Shown here: positions 31,212 to 36,588 of the stretch, piece by piece
How positions within the stretch are numbered: the stretch's first letter is position 1
How the letters are laid out: every line of letters begins with the position of its first letter
Virus record (IMG/VR): IMGVR_UViG_3300045988_107626
Coordinates: 1-36,588 of that record
Source: a virus
Strand: one strand, 5' to 3'
DNA length: 36,588 bases
Translations under genes and position numbers: made by a program
Notes under the pieces: model-generated
What the model saw: the letters and a program-made list of their open reading frames with translations, nothing else
Told to the model about the DNA's origin: nothing
Database searches by the model: none

Positions 31212-32612
31212 ATGACCAAGACCCCCGAGGAGTGGCTCTCCTACCTCACCGCAAAGATGGACAAGGAGCGCACCAGGACAGACCTGCTGCGCTCCTATAC
31301 CAACGGCACCAGTCCCCTACCGGAGATGGGGCCGAACCTGGCGAAAGCCTGGATCAAGTTCCAGCGACGCGCGCGCACGAGCCCCGGAAAGCTCGTCGTT
31401 GCCGCGCTCGTTGACCGCCTCATCCCGAACGGCGTGACCGTCGGAGCGAGCGACAAGACGCCGGCGGCGCAGGCCGCAGCCAGGATCTGGCGAGACAACC
31501 GCCTCAAGGTAGTGTTCTCCGACGCGATCTGGGACGCCGCGACACTCGGACGCGGCTACCTCCTCGTCACCCAGGACGAGGACGGGCACGCCTGCGTGAC
31601 CTACGAACGGCCTGAGCATATGTACGTGGAGCCGGATCCGGTCCGGCCCTGGCGTGCGCTCGCGGCTGTGAAGGTCTGGCGCGACTCCGCGGCGGGAATC
31701 GATCATCTGGTGATGTGGACCCCGGGGAAGCGCACGGCGTTCTCGCGTTCTGCCTACAGTGACTCGAAGGCCCTGATCTCGACGGTCTCGTCCGGCTGGC
31801 GGCAGGACGAGGGCGGCGAGCAGGCGTTCGAGGGTGCGCCGCCTGTCGTCGTTCTGGAGAACAGGTTCGGCGAGGGTGAGTTCGAGAACGTGCTCGACCT
31901 GATTGACCGCATTAACTGGCAGACATTGCAGCGGCTCGTCATTATCTCGATGCAGGCTTTCCGGCAGCGTGCGCTCAAGAGCGCCGAAGGGTCGGCGGGC
32001 CTGCCCGCTGAGGACGAGGCCGGGAACGAGATCGACTACCAGAAGGTGTTCGAGCCGTCGCCCGCCGCCCTCTGGGAGCTGCCTCCCGGCGTCGAAATCT
32101 GGGAGTCCTCGCAGACTCAGATCACCGAGATTCTCAACGCTACGAAGGACGACTGGCGCGAGCTCGCGGTCGAGACCTCGACCCCGCTGTCGATCATGCT
32201 GCCGGACTCGGCAAATCAGTCGGCCTCGGGCGCCGAGCAGCCGCAGAAGGCGCTCCTGTCCAAGGCTGAGGACCGGATCGAGCGCTTTAAGCCGGCACTG
32301 GCTTACCTCATGGTGCGAGCGCTCGCGGTCGAGGGCATTGACCTTGACGAGGCCGAAACCGTAGAGGTTTTGTTCGTGCCTCCGCATGCTGTCTCCCTCA
32401 CGGAGAAGTACGCCGCCGCCGTGCAGGCGCGCAACGCTGGCGAGGCGCTGGAGACGATCCAGCGGAATATTCTCGGTTACTCGCCGGAGCAGATCGCGCA
32501 GGACAAGCAGCGCCGCGCAGAAGAGCAGCTTGCTCTCGCTTTCGCGCTGCAGGACAACCCCCAGCCGACCGATGAGGCGCAGCCTCCGGTCACGGGGGGG
32601 GGATCCGTCTGA
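31212..32612 (+). CDS. Portal protein (466 aa as read; probably continues to 32775)
   Basis: RBS GGAAGGAGG; follows terL; size fits. The ORF stops 10 nt after a G9 tract, while the +1 frame stays open and coding-like up to the next gene. Confidence 0.85.
   Translation: MTKTPEEWLSYLTAKMDKERTRTDLLRSYTNGTSPLPEMGPNLAKAWIKFQRRARTSPGKLVVAALVDRLIPNGVTVGASDKTPAAQAAARIWRDNRLKVVFSDAIWDAATLGRGYLLVTQDEDGHACVTYERPEHMYVEPDPVRPWRALAAVKVWRDSAAGIDHLVMWTPGKRTAFSRSAYSDSKALISTVSSGWRQDEGGEQAFEGAPPVVVLENRFGEGEFENVLDLIDRINWQTLQRLVIISMQAFRQRALKSAEGSAGLPAEDEAGNEIDYQKVFEPSPAALWELPPGVEIWESSQTQITEILNATKDDWRELAVETSTPLSIMLPDSANQSASGAEQPQKALLSKAEDRIERFKPALAYLMVRALAVEGIDLDEAETVEVLFVPPHAVSLTEKYAAAVQARNAGEALETIQRNILGYSPEQIAQDKQRRAEEQLALAFALQDNPQPTDEAQPPVTGGGSV
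32594..32602 (+). repeat. G9 homopolymer at the portal frame break
   Basis: Counted directly: CACGGGGGGGGGATCC. Confidence 0.95.
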
Positions 32613-32775
32613 ACTGAAAACCAAGTTCGACGCGCTCGGTACCGCGATTCGCGCGGGCGTTGCCCCGCAGTCAGCGGCTCAGGTCGTCGGCCTCGACGGA
32701 ATCAAGTTCACCGGGGCGGTGCCCGTCGCTCTGCGTCTGCCTGAGACGCAGTCAGCAGACCTTGAGGAGAAGTGA
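32602..32775 (+). CDS. Probable portal C-terminal segment in the +1 frame (DPSELKTKFDALGTAIRAGVAPQSAAQVVGLDG...)
   Basis: About 57 codons with about 72 percent G/C at third positions (hand count). Ends at a TGA overlapping the next gene start. Otherwise this compact genome would carry 160 nt of non-coding DNA here. Confidence 0.55.
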   Translation, partial: DPSELKTKFDALGTAIRAGVAPQSAAQVVGLDGIKFTGAVPVALRLPETQSADLEEK

Positions 32776-32777
32776 GT

Positions 32778-33587
32778 ATGACGGACCTGGACGACCTCAC
32801 GAGTGTCTACAGTTCCCAGGTCCACGCCGTGCGCACACAGATCACGAAGTTCGGCGAGGCCTACTGGGACTCCATGCCGAACTACCGGGCGAGCGCCGTC
32901 GAGGAGATGATCGACGCGATCGTCCCCAGGGTCACCGCCGGTCAGCTCCGCATCGCGGATCTGACACGCGCCTACCTCGCGCGCTGCGCCCACGAGCTCG
33001 GCTGGAAGCTCGTAGTCCCACAGCTCGACAAGGCGGACATTCTCGGCGCTCGCGGCGTCGATCCCCGGACGGTGTACCGCCGCCCTGCGGTCGACGTGTA
33101 CAAGGCACTGTCTGACGGGAAGCCTGTAGAGCAGGCGGTCTCTGAGGGGCGCCTGCGTTTGACTCAGCTGATCGGCGGTGACGCTCAGCTCGCGAAGGTC
33201 CACGCATCCCGACAAGTGATGCGCGCCTACCCGGACACGGGCTCGTATTACCGGCGCGTGCTCACGGGCCGCGAGAACTGCGGCCTCTGCGTCGTCGCTT
33301 CGACGCAGCGCTACTACAAGGAAGATCTGCTCCCGATCCATCCGGGATGCGACTGCGACGTGCAGCCGCTACCGCCCGGAGCAGCAGGCCAGCAGGTCAT
33401 CGATGAGGACCGCCTGGAGCAGGTCCACAAGATCGCTGCCGACCGGCTCGGCGAAGCCGACCGAGGAGGCAGAACGCCCGACTACCGGAAGCTAATCCGA
33501 GTCGAGGCGCACGGGGAATACGGAGCCACTTTGACGTGGGCAGAACCGAAAACCCCGAAGCAAAGCGGCACAGCGGATAAGGCGTAA
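32778..33587 (+). CDS. Head morphogenesis protein, MuF / SPP1 gp7-like (269 aa; alternative GTG start at 32772)
   Basis: RENCGLCVVAS...IHPGCDCDVQP resembles the MuF-type HPxCxC motif. RBS GAGGAG. Follows the portal. Confidence 0.7.
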   Translation: MTDLDDLTSVYSSQVHAVRTQITKFGEAYWDSMPNYRASAVEEMIDAIVPRVTAGQLRIADLTRAYLARCAHELGWKLVVPQLDKADILGARGVDPRTVYRRPAVDVYKALSDGKPVEQAVSEGRLRLTQLIGGDAQLAKVHASRQVMRAYPDTGSYYRRVLTGRENCGLCVVASTQRYYKEDLLPIHPGCDCDVQPLPPGAAGQQVIDEDRLEQVHKIAADRLGEADRGGRTPDYRKLIRVEAHGEYGATLTWAEPKTPKQSGTADKA

Positions 33588-33678
33588 CGCCTAAACGCGC
33601 AGCCGCGCAATCAAGCCCTGCCGAGGCCGCAACGGCGCTCGCGGGGGAGGCTACCCGAAACGGGAGGACTGATCGACC

Positions 33679-34260
33679 ATGAAGATTCACCTGAACGAGC
33701 GCCCGCATCTGCGGTTCGCTGAGTCCGTTGACGCGCCTGCGGGTGGGGACGCGGATGAGGCTCAGGTCTCGGAGGCTGCTGCCGAAACGGAGCAGGCGAA
33801 GGACTGGGAAGCCGAGGCGAAGAGGTGGAAGGCGCTCTCGCGCCAGAACGAGGCGCGTGCGAAGGAAAACGCTGAGAAGGCTCGCTTGTTCGACGAGCAT
33901 GAGGAGCAGGGCAAGACGGAGCTGCAGAAGGCTCTCGATAAGGCTGCGCAGGCTGAGGCCCGCGTGAAGGCCCTCGAAGTCCAGGCAGTGCGCGCTCAGG
34001 TCGCCGCGGCGAAGGGCGTAGACGTTGATCTGCTGTCCGGCTCGACGCTGGAGGAGCTGGAAGCGTCGGCGGATCGTCTGCTGGCGTGGCGCGGCGAGCA
34101 GATCCCGAAGGGCGCCCCGGCGTCCGACGCGGGGCATCGAGGTGAAGAGATCAGGTCGAGCAAGCAGCTCACACGCGAGGACCTCAAGACCATGAGTGCC
34201 GAGCAGATCAACCAGGCCCGCCGAGCGGGCCAACTCAACGACGTGATGGGTCTCGCCTGA
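33679..34260 (+). CDS. Scaffolding protein (193 aa)
   Basis: Highly charged, Ala/Glu/Lys-rich helical sequence directly upstream of the major capsid gene. RBS GGGAGGA. Confidence 0.7.
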   Translation: MKIHLNERPHLRFAESVDAPAGGDADEAQVSEAAAETEQAKDWEAEAKRWKALSRQNEARAKENAEKARLFDEHEEQGKTELQKALDKAAQAEARVKALEVQAVRAQVAAAKGVDVDLLSGSTLEELEASADRLLAWRGEQIPKGAPASDAGHRGEEIRSSKQLTREDLKTMSAEQINQARRAGQLNDVMGLA

Positions 34261-34288
34261 CGGCGAGCCCGTGAAAGGAGCCAAAGCA

Positions 34289-35137
34289 ATGGCTAACAAC
34301 AACTTTATCCCCGAAGTCTGGTCGGCCTCCATCCTGGAGAACTTCCACAACCAGGCGGTCCTGACCGGCCTGACGAACCGCGAATACGAGGGCGAGCTGA
34401 AGTCCGGGGCAACGGTCCACATCGCCGGTATCGTCGACATTAAGGTCAAGGACTACAAGACCGGCGTCCTCCCCGCCGCGTCCGGCGGCGGCAAGCAGCC
34501 GCGCACGACCGCGCCCGACACGGTCGCAAATACGGGTATCGAGCTGAACATCGATCAGGAGAAGTCCTTCGATTTCCTCGTCGATGACATCGACCGCGTG
34601 CAGTCGGACAAGAGCTTCGACAAGTACACCGAATCCGCCGGCATCGGCCTTGTCGAGGACGCGGAAGCCTTCCTCACCGGACTGCTCTCCACGCAGGGCA
34701 CGGCGGTGACCGGCCTGACCACCCCCACTGACTGGGCGGGCGCCTACAAGATCGCGCTTGAGCTGCGCGGCAAGCTCACCGACGCGAAGGTACCGCAGGC
34801 CGGCCGCGTCCTGCTCGTCAACGGAAAGTTCGAGAACTGCCTGCTCTCCGACGGCTCGAAGCTCACCGCCTTCGATAAGTCCAACACGACCGAGGGCCTG
34901 CGAGAAGCGATCATCGGTCGCCTCCTCGGCTTCGACGTCGTCGTGTCCTCGTGGATGGACAACGCGAAGCCTATGGCAATCGCCCTGCACAAGCCCTCGG
35001 TTGCCTACGTCTCTCAGATCTCCAAGATCGAGAGCATGCGCGCCGAGAACACCTTCGCCGACCGCGTCCGTGGCATGCACGTGTACGGCGGCAAGGTGCT
35101 GCGCCCGACCGCCGTTCAGGTCTTTAAGGGGGTCTGA
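34289..35137 (+). CDS. Major capsid protein (282 aa)
   Basis: ATG 34289 follows GAAAGGAG. The N-terminus NFIPEVWSASILENF is typical of a family of actinophage capsid proteins. Lies after the scaffold gene. Confidence 0.8.
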   Translation: MANNNFIPEVWSASILENFHNQAVLTGLTNREYEGELKSGATVHIAGIVDIKVKDYKTGVLPAASGGGKQPRTTAPDTVANTGIELNIDQEKSFDFLVDDIDRVQSDKSFDKYTESAGIGLVEDAEAFLTGLLSTQGTAVTGLTTPTDWAGAYKIALELRGKLTDAKVPQAGRVLLVNGKFENCLLSDGSKLTAFDKSNTTEGLREAIIGRLLGFDVVVSSWMDNAKPMAIALHKPSVAYVSQISKIESMRAENTFADRVRGMHVYGGKVLRPTAVQVFKGV

Positions 35138-35310
35138 TGCTCGTCCGTGGAACCAACAACCTTGAGATCGAGGTCGAGGAACAGGTCGCAATCGGGATGA
35201 TCGCCGCCGGCATCGTCGAGGCTGTCACCGCCGCAGACGGCATCGAGCCTGTCGAGCCGGTCGAGGACATCGAGGATCCGGAGCCCGCTCCGGCCAAGAC
35301 CAAGAAGTAG
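35137..35310 (+). CDS. Small acidic hypothetical protein (57 aa, below the ORF-track cutoff)
   Basis: TGATG coupling to the capsid gene; TAG at 35308-35310; high GC3. Confidence 0.5.
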   Translation: MLVRGTNNLEIEVEEQVAIGMIAAGIVEAVTAADGIEPVEPVEDIEDPEPAPAKTKK

Positions 35311-35318
35311 GAGGAGAG

Positions 35319-35900
35319 ATGACCGCCGCCCTGCCGCTCGCATCCGTCTCGGACCTGGAAGCAGCACTAGGCCGCGACCTCAACGAGACGGAGAAGCGCC
35401 GTGCGGAGTTCGTCCTCGACAAGCTCTCAGCAGCTTTCCGAGACCGAGCCCGCCAGACCTTCACCGTCGAGCAGTACACGCACCGCCTCAAGGTCGACGG
35501 CGGCGGTCGCCTCTTCCCCACTCGGACCCCGCTCCTCTCAGTTAACTCGGTGACCACAGACGACGGGACGCCGGTCGCCTGGAAGCTTCGGCACGGCTTC
35601 GTCCAGGTCGACAAGCCAGCGTCCGACTTCCTTGTCGTCTCCTACTCCGCCGGCCTCGACGAAGTCCCCGCCGCCGTCCGGCTCCAACTCGCCGACAGCG
35701 CGCGCCGCATCATGTCGATCGACGCCGCCGCAGCGCACGGAGCCACCCAGGCCACGGACACGACCGGCCCGTTCACCCAGACCAGGCAGTACGCCAGCTG
35801 GGCAATCGGAGGCCAAGCTCTCCTCTCCCCAGACGACCAGGCGCTCGCGGACTCGTTCAGGCCGCGACGCTCGGGCCATGTGTGGGTGATGGAAGCATGA
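35319..35900 (+). CDS. Head-tail connector protein (gp6-like, 193 aa)
   Basis: RBS GGAGGAG. Position and the N-terminal LASVSDLEAALGRDL pattern fit connector proteins. Confidence 0.6.
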   Translation: MTAALPLASVSDLEAALGRDLNETEKRRAEFVLDKLSAAFRDRARQTFTVEQYTHRLKVDGGGRLFPTRTPLLSVNSVTTDDGTPVAWKLRHGFVQVDKPASDFLVVSYSAGLDEVPAAVRLQLADSARRIMSIDAAAAHGATQATDTTGPFTQTRQYASWAIGGQALLSPDDQALADSFRPRRSGHVWVMEA

Positions 35901-36235
35901 GCCGGGAGCCGATGGAAGAGTGGAGAACCCCGGTCCAGGTTGAGGGGAGCGTCAGCAGGAACGCCGACGGCTTCCTAGTTGAAGGCAGTGGGCAGCGCCT
36001 GATCGGCGGTTGTCTCGTCGCCCCGGGAGCTTTCACGGTCCCGGGCTTGCTGACGTCGCCGACGTCGGAGCAGCCCGACGAGCAAGCGACGCTGTACGCG
36101 CCGCCGGGAACGTCGCTCAAGGTCGGCGACAGGATCACAATCCCTGCTGAGCACCCGCTCGTCGGGAAATGGCAAGTCGAGTCGCCGCCGTCCCCCTGGC
36201 CGAAAGGTGTAGCAGTCACCATTAACCGGAGGTGA
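35897..36235 (+). CDS. Head-tail adaptor / head closure protein (112 aa)
   Basis: ATGA coupling at 35897; lies in the connector module. Confidence 0.55.
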   Translation: MSREPMEEWRTPVQVEGSVSRNADGFLVEGSGQRLIGGCLVAPGAFTVPGLLTSPTSEQPDEQATLYAPPGTSLKVGDRITIPAEHPLVGKWQVESPPSPWPKGVAVTINRR

Positions 36236-36239
36236 GACC

Positions 36240-36587
36240 GTGGGGAACAACTTCCGCAGGGACGCCGCCGGTATTAAAGGCTTCCTGCAAAGCGGCGCCC
36301 TCGCGCCCGGCCTCCACAAGGAAGCCGAGCAGCTCAGGGCCGCAGCAGCCGCCGCAGCCCCGAGAGGCCTCACCGACAGCCTCGCCGACTCATACAAGGC
36401 CGAAACGACTAAAGCACCGCTCAGACCGGGAGGTCCGGTCCGAGACGTGGGCCGCGTCTACAACGACGCACCGCACGCGCTCGCTGTCGAGTTCGGACAC
36501 CGCTCAAGAACCGGAAAGCCGGTCCCTGGAGCGCACACTCTCCGAGCGCTCCTCGGAGCCAGATCTAAACGGAGGCGGTCACGATGA
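36240..36587 (+). CDS. HK97 gp10-family neck/tail-completion protein (115 aa, GTG start)
   Basis: APHALAVEFGHRS...GAHTLRALLGA resembles the HK97 gp10 family signature. The TGA at 36585-36587 overlaps the ATG that corresponds to position 51. Confidence 0.65.
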   Translation: MGNNFRRDAAGIKGFLQSGALAPGLHKEAEQLRAAAAAAAPRGLTDSLADSYKAETTKAPLRPGGPVRDVGRVYNDAPHALAVEFGHRSRTGKPVPGAHTLRALLGARSKRRRSR

Positions 36588-36588
36588 C
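36534..36588. repeat. Terminal overlap copy 2 (identical to 1-55)
   Basis: Exact 55-nt identity; 55 nt is a common assembler k-mer length, so this likely marks a circular contig. Confidence 0.97.

Larger units (their letters stand above)
1..36588. mobile_element. Complete temperate siphovirus-type phage (or excised prophage) genome, closed-circle assembly
   Basis: All canonical modules are present in order (packaging, head, connectors, tail, lysis, cargo, integrase/attP, repressor-cro switch, early genes). The first 55 nt equal the last 55 nt. Confidence 0.9.

Noticed and set aside
1-36588. Searched for reverse transcriptase with template/variable repeats (DGR, retron), toxin-antitoxin pairs, transposases and known multi-gene defence systems.
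   Set aside because: I found no RT, transposase, ATPase/nuclease defence-type gene or recognisable toxin motif by eye. The only paired small genes are the HTH pair reported in the top finding.

Overview
The window is a complete, GC-rich temperate phage genome with a long non-contractile tail, most likely from an actinobacterial host. It was assembled as a closed circle: nt 1-55 are identical to nt 36534-36588, so the unique length is 36,533 bp. Almost all genes are on the + strand and tightly coupled by ATGA, GTGA or TAATG overlaps. Going round the circle, the order is: HNH endonuclease, a lone minus-strand PrimPol gene, terS, terL, portal, MuF-like protein, scaffold, major capsid, head-tail connectors (crossing the contig junction), tail terminator, tail tube, G/T chaperone with a -1 frameshift, and a 1229-aa tape measure with an NlpC/P60 domain. 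After these come four tail-tip genes, CHAP endolysin, holin, a membrane coiled-coil protein, a second fibre-like module with a GDPD phosphodiesterase, and a 4-kb minus-strand lysogeny/cargo block. That block holds two morons, two HTH genes, a tyrosine integrase, attP, a PH-like gene and the repressor. The divergent cro-side early operon follows, with Xis-like HTH, membrane proteins, a LAXTG-anchored surface protein, DUF4326, C5-methyltransferase, RusA, SSB, an HNH/DnaD-like protein and a late-regulator candidate. I found no rRNA, complete tRNA, CRISPR array, transposase or reverse transcriptase. The best candidates for something undescribed are as follows. (1) A duplicated 86-nt promoter/operator/leader module drives two unrelated orphan small proteins that bracket an HTH gene pair, between the lysis genes and int; this resembles an Acr-Aca or exclusion locus. 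(2) A leaderless, reverse-oriented zinc-ribbon PrimPol cassette, flanked by direct repeats, is wedged between the HNH and terS genes. (3) Two G8/G9 tracts each break an essential-looking gene (methyltransferase, portal) by exactly +1, and a repeat unit inside the methyltransferase sits out of frame. (4) A sortase-anchored adhesin-like protein lies in the early operon. All functional calls come from motif recognition and synteny by eye; no database search was run.
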